From NCBI GenBank assembly GCA_004431415.1, contig QPMI01000214.1:1-64000 (forward strand): DNA of 64,000 nt, read 5' to 3'. This document shows positions 26,489-38,456 of this stretch, piece after piece. Made by a program: the position numbers and the translations under genes. This stretch comes from Cyanophora paradoxa CCMP329. Its lineage: Eukaryota > Plantae > Glaucophyta. The stretch's first letter is position 1; every line of letters starts with the position of its first letter. The notes beneath the pieces were generated by a model. That model saw only the letters and a program-made list of their open reading frames with translations, did no database searches and had not been told where the DNA came from.

Positions 26489-27092
26489 ATGGACTCGCGC
26501 AACCCGGCACCTGCCGCGGCCGGCGTCTTTGAGTCCGGGCCGCTTCGCGGCAAGGAGTTCACTTTCCGGCGGCCTGCAGCAGCCCCCGAGCCGGCGTCCG
26601 CTGCGGGCGCCGCTCCCTCCGAACGCGAGCTCATCGCCGACCTCCAGCGGCAGCTGGAGGCGCTCACGGTGGAGGTGCGCACGATAAAGACGGAAGTCGA
26701 GGAAGGTACGCGGCCGCCGTCGCCCGTGGCGCGTCCTCGTTTTGAACCGCCATCCGCGCCGAGCTAGGTCAGCGCCCTGCGCCCCCGCAGCCCGCCGCGC
26801 GCAAGCTCGGCGCAACGCATCTCCTCCTCCACCGAACGAGAAGTACACCGGGAGTCCGTCGACGGGCAAGATCCACAAGGTCTCCAAGGTCTCGGGCCAG
26901 AACCCGACGTGCCCGGCCCTCCGCGTGCGTACAGCTCGCGTGCCCCGGCTTTGAGGCACTCAGTAGCTAAAGGCGGTGCGCGCAGATGAAGGGGAAGATC
27001 CTCTGGCCGAGTTCAGCTCGGAGGAGGCGCTCCGGGCCTCGGACCCCAAGTACAACAAGGAGGGCGCTCGCTGCCGCAACTGCTGGCGCTAG
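26489..27092 (+). CDS. Hypothetical small coiled-coil protein with terminal CxxC
   Basis: SERELIADLQRQLEALTVEVRTIKTEVEE, then candidate introns and a last exon ending ...KEGARCRNCWR*. Confidence 0.3.
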
Positions 27093-27502
27093 GCGCTAGC
27101 CGTGCGGGGTCGCTCCCCTCCCGCGGCGCTTCCTGTTCCGCGTGAAGCTCTGTGAACGTGTCGCTGAGTCGTGCTCTGAACACGAGATGTTGTTGTCAAC
27201 TTGGGAAGGGAACCTTGAAGGGATGCATGCATGGCCAGGCACGCAGAGAGGAGAGCGCAGGCACACATACGAAATCAATCCAGATTGCACACAAATACAT
27301 ACACAGCGATAAACAGCCGACATAGATACATACACAGCGATAGACAGCACATTACTATAGATAGCAAACACATGGATACATATATAGAGTTGCGAGCCCA
27401 GCGGGAGAGCTCGGAATGGACATGAAGGAAAATAAAATCCTACCAAGAGCACAGGCTATCTGCAGCTACTGCTGTGCAGAGCTAGCAGCTACTTCAGAGC
27501 AA

Positions 27503-30500
27503 CTACTGCTGCCCCTTCTCCTGCTGCGCCTTCTCCTTTGCGGCCTCCAGGTCGAGCCCGCCGCTGGCGAGGACGGCGTAGTTCATCGTGCGGGCACGCT
27601 TGCGCGAACCCTCCGCCGCCGGACGGGAGCTCGAGGCGGCCGGGGTGTCGAGAGGGAGGGGATCGGAAGAGGAGGAGCCGAGCTTGGGGTCAGGGAGGGG
27701 CGGGGCCGCAGGGAGGGCCTGGGCTGCTGCCTCCTTCTCCGTCTTGGACCGCCGGCCCCGCTTCGGAGGCGCCGGCGTTTTCTCCACGTGTTCCACGTCC
27801 TCCACGGGCCCGTCCTCCTCCTCGCAGTGGCAGAAGTCCTTGGACCCCTGCCGGCACACGCCGAAGCAGGGCCCCTGGTAGCACTTGTAGCCGAGCCAGT
27901 CGCAGACGAAGACGTGCTTGCTGGTCCTGCTGAACTTCTCCACAATTTCGTCGTGCTCCGGGTTGCCGATGCGCTTGTAGCCGCAAACACTGCAAGGATG
28001 GACGAGGAAAGCAGACTTCCCTGCTCCAGAAGCATGAGACAGGGGACGGCGAGGGGCAGAAACGGGCGTACCGTTGCGGGCATCCTTCATCGCGTCCTCG
28101 AGCTTGTCCTCCGGGACGACGTACGGCCGCAGCTCCAGGTTCACGAGCTCCCGATGGGCATCCTCGATGCGGAGCTGCTGCAAGAGTCAGGCAGTCCCTG
28201 CAAGGGTTGGGTTGGAGCCTGAGCTGTCACAGACCGAGAGCGGGCGAGTCATGCCGTCCCGCAGCTTGAGGACGTCGGTGGGGCACATCTTGTGGAACAT
28301 GGCGGCGTGGCACATTGCAATGCCGTTGACATACGACTGCAGGAGGGCGCCGCCCGACGTGGGATTGACCAGCCGCTCCGGGTCCTTGCGGTTGAGGGAG
28401 TATTTCTGCTCAGCACCAGAGTGAGATTCGGTGGACAGAGGGGAACTAAGCAGGAAGGGCAGTCTGAGAACCTTTTCGGGCGTAGTCATCGTCCGCAGGA
28501 TGGCATGCTGCGACCCCCGCTCGAAGTACATCGATGTGAGCACCACACCGATGTAGTTGCAGTTCGCCTCGTAGGCCATCACCTCGGTGAGCTCTGCACG
28601 GGGCACATGCATCAGAGAAGGGCGCGGTGCATCGGGTGCCAGGAGAGCACAACGCACTGGACACTGGGAAGTTGTCAGGGGTGATTTCATTCACGGCGTC
28701 CTGGAAGTTGTTGGGCCGCCGGCCCGCGCCCTTCGGCGGCTTGTTGGGGACGAACATCTTGTACACTTCCAGGGGCTCCTCAGCGTTCAGCTTCTTCGTC
28801 ATGAACGCTGAGAATGCATCTGCAGATAGAAGAGCAGGTGCTAAGGTTAGACTGAAGAGGACCTTTACAGAAAGGAGCACAAGCCAAGAAAGGAGAAAGG
28901 AGCACAGACCAGCGAGCTGCGTGTAGGGGTGCGGATCAAGCATGCCTTCGATCTCGATTGTGATGGTCGTTGGATCCTTCCCGGACGTCCCGAGCTTGAA
29001 GACGACGTTGTACCGGGGCTCCTGGAAGTCGGCCACACCACGGCTCCGGCGGGCGGCCAATTCAGCCTTCTTGTTTACGAACTGCTCGAAAGCAAGCGGT
29101 CAGTGTGCTCTAGAGGCCAGAGAAGAGGAATCAAAGGGCATGCACGCACGTCCCTGACAATCTTGGCGGTGGGTTCGCCCATGAAGATGATGTGCTGGCC
29201 AGTCGGTTTGGCCAAGTGCTTGTTCACGAAGAGGTTCCAGTCCTGCATGCTGACAGGGTCCTGCGGGTGTTCAAAAAGCATGCAGTGAGCACAGAGAAAG
29301 AAGGAAAAAGGAAGAGGTGGGATGGGGAAGAAGAGGACGCAATGCATGCTGCTAGGCGGCTAACCTGCATGACCCACATCTTCTCGATGTTGTCCAGGGG
29401 ACGACATGCATCTTCTTCGCGGGGTTGCTCGGATCCACGATCTCGGTGATGACAGCCGTGGCAACAGTCAGCGTGTTCCCCCACTCCGGCTGGTTCGCGC
29501 TGCGGTTCGTGATGTTCCGCGCCATCTCGAAGCCCTTCGGGTCGAAGTAGTTCACGAAAATCTCCTCGCTCAGGATGTGTACTGCGACGAAGACGCGCGA
29601 TCAGGTTCGAAAGGAAGACCCGCGCAATCACGGAAGCAACGAGCCGAGGATCGCGACGCACTCGGTGCGGAACTCTTCCCGAGGATCGCGAGCATGTCGT
29701 GGAGAGGCTTCCAGGCCGCGTCCGCGGCCGGGCGTAGGTCGCGAATGAGAAGGGCGTAGGCTTGACTGCCTCGATTCCCTTTCCGCTCTTCACCGCGGCA
29801 CCCGCCGCAGCCATGACCTTCTCTTTCTGAGTGACCGCGGCCGCGGCGGCCTTGGCCTTCGCATTCGTCGTCACCTGGGCGCGAGGGGCCACCTTGCCGA
29901 GGGGGTCGAACCCCTCCGGCTGCGCGTATAGCGTGAGGAGGATCGCATGGCGACGCGAGGATGCGGGCGCACGATCGTGGGCCCGCCCGAGCCTGTGCGC
30001 GTGGCGCCAAAATTTGAATGTCAGTTGGGCGCCAAAATTTGAATCGACATGGCGGCGATTGCGAGCGCACCGCGCCCGAGCTCGCGACCGCGTCCGCAAG
30101 GCCCTGACTGGAGCGGCCGCTAAACCGGACCCCGAAGGTGGCCGCCCGTTGGGCGGGCTCGGCCGGCGCGGCGACCTCGGGCTGGTCGTCTGCGCGCCGA
30201 GCGGTTAGCGCGGGCGGCGGTTAGCGTGAGCACGCGCACCCATTGCCGTGTAGTAGACGCCCTGCTTGCCCGTCTTCCAGCCCGAGGTGGAGCACAGGAG
30301 GCTGATGTCTTCGAGCTCCTCCGACGTGCCGTCGTGGCGCTTCTCGAGCACGAATTCCATGTTCTCGGCGTCCAGATTCTGAAACACAGTCGTCTTGAGC
30401 AGCCGCAGGACAACGTCAACGGGGCGGGCGTTGAGCATGTCCGGCTTGAAATGCACAGGCGGCGCATCCGGGCTGCCCTTCCTGTGGATCACGACACGTT

Positions 30501-30552
30501 CGATTTCTCCCGCGGGCACGGAGCCCGCCGCGGGTGCCGCCGGTGCCGCCAT
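27503..30552 (-). CDS. One or two hypothetical multi-exon genes with a Cys-rich C-terminal region
   Basis: Strong GC3-biased coding segments with GT-AG introns. C-terminal VCDWLGYKCYQGPCFGVCRQGSKDFCHC. Possible 1-nt frameshift near 29397. Confidence 0.45.
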
Positions 30553-30661
30553 GTTCAAAAATTTGCCGCCGAGTTTGAATTGACGTATACCGGGGGGGGG
30601 GGTTGCACACGTTAGTCCCTGATAATTCCTTTCCGGATTATTGTTGTTCTTCTGGCTCGAC

Positions 30662-31250
30662 CCCAAGGACGAGGACCCGCCGTGCACGCTCCAGCTCGTC
30701 TGCGAGGCCTGGACCTCGAAGACGTGCGGGGTGTGCGGCAAGATCAACTACGGGCTCGGCTCGAAGAGGGTCTTCGAGTGCCGCCCCGGGTGCGGCTTCC
30801 GGGCGGACCGCGACGGCGGCGCCGCGCGGTGCGTGTTGTGTCTACACACGCCTATACACAATCGCTGCTCCCCCCGCCTAGTCCCGACACGGCCTAGCCA
30901 CTTGCCCAGAGCTCGCCTCCTAGCCCCCGCCCCCAAAGCGAGGGGGCCAGCAGCCGCCTAGCCCCGCCCGATCGTAATCGTAATCGTAATCAGGCCAGGG
31001 CTCCCCCCGCCTATAGCCCATCGCAATCGTAATCGTACTGGTCGCACAGACCTCTCGCAGGAGCATCTTCATCCGCTACAGCACCGGCGTGGACGCGAAG
31101 CGCCTGCTCGGCTCGTAGCTAGCTAGGCTGCGATTCCCTTTTCTCCATCAGGGCACCAGTCCCTGCGGGTTACGCTCTATCCCTAACAGCACGGGTACAG
31201 TTAAAGCGCCGAGGTAGGAGGTCCGGTCGCGCCCGTAGCTTAGAAAGAGC
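30662..31250 (+). mobile_element. Non-autonomous Fanzor-derived element, copy B (longest; RuvC-II Glu, Zn finger, RuvC-III, right end)
   Basis: LVCEAWTSKTCGVCGKINYGLGSKRVFECRPGCGFRADRDGGAAR, intron 30829-31060, then SIFIRYGTGVDAKRLLGS* (stop 31118). This is a TnpB/Fanzor C-terminal signature. Confidence 0.88.
31119..31250 (+). ncRNA. Candidate Fanzor omegaRNA scaffold (also in copies A, C, E; 3' part in D)
   Basis: Conserved ~130 nt between the stop codon and the element end. Contains hairpin CAGGG/CCCTG and a long terminal stem GCTCT..CTAA..GC.ACGGG / CCCGT.AGC.TTAG..AGAGC. Confidence 0.55.
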
Positions 31251-31583
31251 ATTCTCATTCTTGTAGCCCATACCCCTTTGGTACCGGTATGTTTCCAAAT
31301 GCAAGGTCAGAGATGTAGGAATGAAGCTCAGGTTGGACGTCTCAGAGTCTTTGATTGCAACCGTGATTACGATTTGAGGTTTGACATCGACGAATCTCGA
31401 AGGTTGGACGTCTTTGATTGCGATAACGATAAGAAAGTCGACGTCGAAGCTTCAAACGTGCAGTTGGACGTCTTCGATTAGCGTAAGCTTACAATTGGAC
31501 ATCTTTAATTGCGATTATCTCAAGACTTTCTTTCCGATCTGACCCTTTTCACGCCCCCAGCACAGGCTGACTCTGGTGAGGTT

Positions 31584-33193
31584 TCAGAGAACTGTCCACA
31601 GCGATGAGAGCGTCACTGTTGGTGGAAGCTTCTCGACAGCTATCCCGAGCTCCGAAGAGTAGACAGGATCACGGTCTTTGTTCTTGTTCCCCTGCGTGTA
31701 CCCTGTTAGATTTTTCAGAAGAACAGTGTGGGCAGAGTACTTCTGACCTCGCTAAGGTAAGCTGCAAATGCATCGCCAGTTTCCTCCTCATCTCCAACAA
31801 TCTCAACATCATCCATCTTCCTCGGAACCTTCAATTCTGAGATCGATGGAGCCTGAAGCACCACGGGAACGAATATCAGCCAGAATATCACCGAAGGAAA
31901 GGCGGGAGGTGCACCTTTTCCTCGACTTGAAAATCAACGCCAAAGATCGGGTTCAAAGAGAAAACTTGATGGAGACTGACGAGTTCCTTGAAAATCTCCT
32001 GCATGCGATCCACAGGGTCGATCCTGGGGATGCATGCGAGTCAATCCCAGAAAACCGTCACTGGACTGGAAAGCGTCAATGTACCTGAAACCGAGAATGT
32101 AACCCCCGCTCCTCAAAACGGTCTCGAAAACTAGCGCAGGCCCAAATTTCGATTCTCGTATCCTTATTTGGCGCTGGAGGTCGCCTTCAGGGCCTTGTAT
32201 AAAAAGTGAGCAATGTAAGGAACACACCACTTGAAGATAGGGCATGCTGACGTTGAAGTTTTCGGCGAGATTTGCGTGCCACACAACACGCACGTTGGTG
32301 ATGAAAAAAGTCCCGAGATTCCCTTGCTCTGACGAAAGATTCCACACTCCATTGATCTGAAAGATATGAGCTCAAACCAGCCAGTGTGTTCTCGAAACCT
32401 GCGAACTTTGTTGTAAACTTGCTCCTTGGGAAGAAGGATCAGCTGCCTGTCCCGGATAATTGCGCCTCTCAATTTCAGATCTCGGTACAGACGGGATGTC
32501 TCGTAAGCCCTGACGGATGTAAATTTCCAGGACGGACAGGCGCCAGGGCTGCTTTGACCTGTACACAGCTTGGACTGTTGTGAAGAGCCTGGGGCTGTTT
32601 CTGACAAGATTCGTAAAGATGAACTCAAACCGACTGCCATTGAATTTAGTCATAACGTAGAGGGCCTGCGTGCTACCACGTAGGCGGGAATTCGCTGTTC
32701 GGATGTTGAGACTGACAACAGCGTTGTAGCCGATGCCTGCTCGCAACCCAGGTCAGCCATGTCATGAGGTGACTACAAATTAGCGCACTGAGATTCGTTC
32801 GCTTGTTTCTCTGGGCAGTCCAGATGATGCGCAGATTTGTTATTTGCAGCTCGCCGCGCTCGCCGTTGTTTCCCTTGGTGTCCTCTACGCTGCTCATGGA
32901 ATCTGCAAGCAGATTGTGTCAGAGGGGGGGGCGCAAACTGTTCACGGAAGAGAGACCTATCATAAATTCGCCGCGACGGTAATCCAGCTGACTGCGGGAA
33001 GCCATTGTCAGGAGAGCAAGCGGATCAAGCGAAGAAGGAGAGCGGACGCGATAGGAACGTCGAAGCGTATCTCGCGATCCTGCATGGCAATGACAGGGGC
33101 GCTGCGCGCCAAGCAGCTCTAGCGCACCTGCCACACGTAGGCGGCGTCGTTGGCCGCGCCGCCCTTATCGCTCTGCTGCGCCTTGCCTTCCAT
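31584..33193 (-). CDS. BBS5: Bardet-Biedl syndrome 5 protein (BBSome), multi-exon
   Basis: [70 protein letters not shown]. Confidence 0.96.
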
Positions 33194-33816
33194 CTCCGCT
33201 CAACGCTTGCGGACGCTCGGGTCCAGGAGAGTGCAAGAGCTCTGGTGCGACCTGGCGCCTGCGAAGGGCGCCCGTGTCTTCGGCTGAGCGGCGCGCGCAT
33301 GTCTTACTAGCTGCCGCTTACACCACGGATGATCTCCAAGTATGAGGCCTGAAGTCCGAAGCCGCGTTGAAGTCCTGAAGCCGGTCGCTTAGAGCGCTTC
33401 CAGCGCTCAGGTAACCTAGAACTATGCAGCCAATTAGTGCATGCAATCTCGAGCCCAGCGGAGCTGGCTAGGCGCACCGAGAGTCTCGTAAACAACAAGA
33501 CTCCTCGGCTGGTGCCGACCGTGCGACACGACTGTACCCGGGCTAGAGGCGGCTACGATCAGCTCCAAGCATCAGCTAGACAAGAATTACGACTACGATC
33601 AGCTCCACACAACACACACGAAGGTGCGGTCCCCAGGCTGGGCGACAACTAAGCTTAAGGTTGGACGTCTTTTGATTTCGATTACGATAAGGGGGGTTGA
33701 ACGACGAAGCTAGGGTTGGACGACTTTGAATTGCGATGTCATGCGGCATAGCTATAGCTGCAAATTTCTAAACCAGGAATTTTAGCTTTAATTTATATAT
33801 AATGTTGCACAGATGT

Positions 33817-34562
33817 TCTCGCTTAAATGTTGCACAGATGGAGCAGAACGAAGAGCCTGAAGAAGAGGTGGAGGTCGAAGATACGGATTCTGAAGAGGTT
33901 AGCGTCAATCATATGCTTGTCGATGCTTCTGGCTCTAAATTCTTTGGCAGGAAAGGCCCATCTACAATCCGCTCAATCTTCCCATGGGATGGGATGGAAA
34001 GCCTATCCCCTACTGGCTCTACAAGCTGCATGGCCTCAACATTGAATACAAGTCCGTTTCTCTTCATGCCGTCCATCTCGAATTTCCTGAAATATTGATT
34101 ATTAATTATGTGTTGGCCCAATTTTCCGCAGGTGTGAGATATGTGGCAACTATTCGTACTGGGGTCCAAGGAACTTCGACCGGCACTTCCAGGTTTTTTA
34201 ATGGCTGTGGCAATCTCTGGGACACAAATGCTGGTGACACTTTCTCAGGAATGGAGGCATGCACATGGCATGCGCTGCTTGAAGATTCCGAACACGAAGC
34301 ATTTCCACGGCATCACGCTCATTGAGGATGCTCTGGCTTTGTACGAAAAGATAAAGAATCAGCAGGGCGAGGTCTGCTTGCTTGTTCTTCTCATAAACCC
34401 GCAAGTGCGACCCCATTTGCAGGAGAATTTCAAGGCTGATGTGGAAGAGGAGTACGAGGATGCTCAGGGCAATGTGTTCTCCAGGAAAACCTATGAGGAT
34501 CTTCGGCGGCAAGGCATCATCTAGTTCAAGAGCTCGTATGTGCAAGTCAACGACGCGATGCT
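33817..34562 (+). pseudogene. Duplicated 3' part of SF3A3 (introns retained) upstream of the intact gene
   Basis: Near-identical to 36298-37043, giving identical ORF translations in the track. Lacks the 5' exons. Confidence 0.85.
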
Positions 34563-34672
34563 TTAGCTAGCTAGCTATAGTCATCGCGGCTTGTTTTGAA
34601 CGCACAAGGGGGCTACGTATATACAGGCCAGGGGGGGGTATACACAGGGCCGGGCCATCGGGAGCTCTAGCG

Positions 34673-37005
34673 ATGTCGTCAACGCTTCTCGAGCTCACGC
34701 GAGCTGCCCATGAGGTTCGTAGAGACCGCGCTTCGCCTGCGCACCGAGGCGCGCCGACTTGCTGCGGCGCAGGACTACGAGCGGTATGAGAGGCTCCTCG
34801 CAGCGAAGCTTACGGAGAAACCGCGTAATGTGCGCCCGCTCCCCGCGTCGCCTCCAACGCATCGTCCCCTCGAACGTCCCCGCAGCACAAGGAAACGATG
34901 AACCAGCAGCACAGAATCTACACAGTGCTGCGGAAAGCTCAAGAGAAAGCGAAGCAGCTCATCCAGATATACGAGGACAAAGACGGGTGCGCTCCCACAT
35001 CCTGTCGCGTTCGACCTACCTTCTTCTGCTCCCGCCTCTTTAGCTAAGATCGCGCAGCATGCGCAAGGATGAAATCGCTGCGCTCGGTGGTTCGAATGTG
35101 ATGTCTTCGTTCTACGATCGGCTCAAGGACATCCGCGAGTACCACAAGCGCTTCGTTGTCACGCAGACGGACAATCAGGACACCATCACTCTCGACACCG
35201 AGGACGGTTAGGTCCTGCAACTTTCTTTTCGATGCGCTTGTTAAAGAAGACATAGGGTCTGGCACCGCGGAGGGAGTCTTCACCGCCGAGGAGAACTTTG
35301 GAAAGAACTTGGATCTTCACTCGCACTTCAATCGTTACTTGAATCTGAAAGCCTTCGAGAAGCTGCAGCCTGGCTTCACGCGCGACAAGTTCGATTACAT
35401 GACTTACGTCGAGCGTCTGGACAAGTTCGCCGAATGCCCCCGCTCCGCGAAGCTCACACTCGAGTACAAAGGTTACTCCATCGTTGTTCGAATCGCGTAC
35501 TGGCAGCGCCTCAATGCTTGCCCGTCAGCATATCTGGAGGATCTGTACTTGTACATCCGCGAGTTCGCAGAGAGAGCGATGCCGCTGACAAACCACGAGA
35601 AGGCGGGTTATCCCTTCTGCTCCCTTTCTTCCGAAGTGTGAATAGTGTACTCTGCAGGTTGTGAAGCAGGTCGATGCTGATTTCGAAGAGAGGTGGCGTA
35701 ACCGCCAGATCCTTGGCTGGTTTGACGAGAAGGTGCGTGTGCGGGGCATTAGAGGGGTTCGACTTTGCCTGAAGGCTTCCAGCGTTTGCGAGGAGGCGAA
35801 GATGATGGCGAAAGGACAGGCGGTGCGCCCGCCCAGGAAGGCATTTTCTGTTCCGCATGTGAGTGATGACGGGCACCCTGGTTCTCTGGTCGAGCTAATC
35901 TCGCCGCAGGCAAAAAGAACTTCGGAAATCAGAACGTCTACGATGCACATCTGAAGGGAAAGAAGCACGAGCAGGCTGTCAAGCGGCAGCTCGCGGACAC
36001 TGGCGGCTTGGGCCAGGGGAGCTCTGGTATAGATAAGCAAGAGCTTTCCAAACAGGTTGGACCTGTACCAAAAATTCGCTCTTCTCCGGCCCTCACAATA
36101 TTGCAGATTGCGCACAAGGAGGCCCTCATTGAGAGATTCGTCTCTCAACTTCCAGAGCAAGTGAGCACGTCTTCTTTGTTTAACTTCGGCATCTCACATT
36201 GCAAGTCAGATTTTCAACACCAAGGCTTTGATCCAGAAGAAACAGTCGAGGACGTACGACGAAATCGAGGTTTGCGTTTCTGAATAGCTTTCATCTTTCT
36301 CGCTTAAATGTTGCACAGATGGAGCAGAACGAAGAGCCTGAAGAAGAGGTGGAGGTCGAAGATACGGATTCTGAAGAGGTTAGCGTCAATCATATGCTTG
36401 TCGATGCTTCTGGCTCTAAATTCTTTGGCAGGAAAGGCCCATCTACAATCCGCTCAATCTTCCCATGGGATGGGATGGAAAGCCTATCCCCTACTGGCTC
36501 TACAAGCTGCATGGCCTCAACATTGAATACAAGTCCGTTTCTCTTCATGCCGTCCATCTCGAATTTCCTGAAATATTGATTATTAATTATGTGTTGGCCC
36601 AATTTTCCGCAGGTGTGAGATATGTGGCAACTATTCGTACTGGGGTCCAAGGAACTTCGACCGGCACTTCCAGGTTTTTTAATGGCTGTGGCAATCTCTG
36701 GGACACAAATGCTGGTGACACTTTCTCAGGAATGGAGGCATGCACATGGCATGCGCTGCTTGAAGATTCCGAACACGAAGCATTTCCACGGCATCACGCT
36801 CATTGAGGATGCTCTGGCTTTGTACGAAAAGATAAAGAATCAGCAGGGCGAGGTCTGCTTGCTTGTTCTTCTCATAAACCCGCAAGTGCGACCCCATTTG
36901 CAGGAGAATTTCAAGGCTGATGTGGAAGAGGAGTACGAGGATGCTCAGGGCAATGTGTTCTCCAGGAAAACCTATGAGGATCTTCGGCGGCAAGGCATCA
37001 TCTAG
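34673..37005 (+). CDS. SF3A3: Splicing factor 3A subunit 3 (Prp9), multi-exon
   Basis: [86 protein letters not shown]. Confidence 0.96.
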
Positions 37006-37445
37006 TTCAAGAGCTCGTGTGTGCAAGTCAACGGCGCGATGCTGCACCCATCAGCGATTACGATTAGGGGTTAACGTTCGATGACTGAGCCTAGGTCGGA
37101 CGTCTTTGATCTGCGTCAAAAAGAGCAAAAAGAGATCACATATATTTGTATGGGAGCGCCTACAGCGGCCCCTCTGGGTGGGCTGGTGGGCTGGGCCCGC
37201 GGCCGCGGCGGCCGCAGTGTACATTCCCACACTTGTAGCCCGGACCTGCGTTTTCAGTACGTGTCCAAATTAATTATTAAATGCGAATTCGAAGGGTCGA
37301 TGGCTAGCGTCGAATTGCGGTACCCTAAGCAGGGTCCATCGGACTTCATCCACCACCAGCACTGCAGGTCCACCAAGCGCCTGACGCTGAGCCTACGTAC
37401 AGCGCAAATTTCGTGTGTAGCTGCGTTGGCGGGGAAAGGACAGCG

Positions 37446-37987
37446 ATGTCGACGCCCGAGGCCCTTCGTGAAAAGCTTGAAGGCGAAGTCGTCGCGTTTA
37501 GAAACATGCAGAAGAGTCGCGCGTCCCACGCCGCCCTGCTTGGCCTCGCTGAGCGCCCTCGCAGACTACGCGAAGTTGATCCAGTCGCGCAACACGTTCT
37601 TGAGCCAGCAGAATGAGAACGAGATGGTGAAAAAGGTTAGCTACTCGCGCGCCGCCCACGCAGCGCCCCCCAGCTTACGGGCATTCAGGAGCTGGACATT
37701 TTGGAGTCCGACGCTGCGGTATACAAGCTCATTGGCCCCGCGCTCATCAAGCAGGACCTGTCGGAGGTTAAAGGGAATGTGGCTAAGCGCCTCGAATTCA
37801 TCGGATCGGAACTGTGAGTGCCTACCTCCTAGGCCTGGCGTTGCCGTCGTTCCTCTGACTCCGCGCTTCTTCCAGAGCGCGGATCGACAAGCAGATGAAG
37901 GTGCTCGAGACACAGCAGGAGAGCAAACAGCAGGACCTCCTTGCATTGCAAAAGAGGCTTCAAACCCTCACTGTCGCACAGAAGTAA
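37446..37987 (+). CDS. PFDN6: Prefoldin subunit 6
   Basis: SQQNENEMVKKELDIL...VYKLIGPALIKQDLSEVKGNVAKRLEFI. Confidence 0.92.
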
Positions 37988-38456
37988 TATTCATCGGTCA
38001 AGTGTGTGCGTTCAGCGTAGACAGAGCTAGCTAGCTGTGCGGCCCATCGGTCAAGTGTGTGCAGAATGCGTTCAGCGTAGACACGCGATGCAGGCAATCG
38101 CAATCGCAGCTCCCTAATCGTGTTCGAATTACTCAGCGTTACTCAGTGTTCGAATCGATCACACGTACTAAAGTGCAGGTCCGGTCTACAATTGTGGGAA
38201 TGTACACTGCGGCCGCCGTAGCTGCGGGCCCAGACAGCGAACTTACGATCCTCAGCCTGGCCGGCATGGCCGGCAAGGCCGAGAGGGAATTACGATTACG
38301 ATCCTGGCCGGCATACTGTGAATTACGATTACAATCCTGGCCGGCATGGCCATGGCCCGCATCATGGCATGGCCGTAATCGCATCATTTGCAAAGCTCAG
38401 TCATTCAACACAGCATTTACTCAGTACTAGTGAGTACATTCAGATTCTACAACTTT

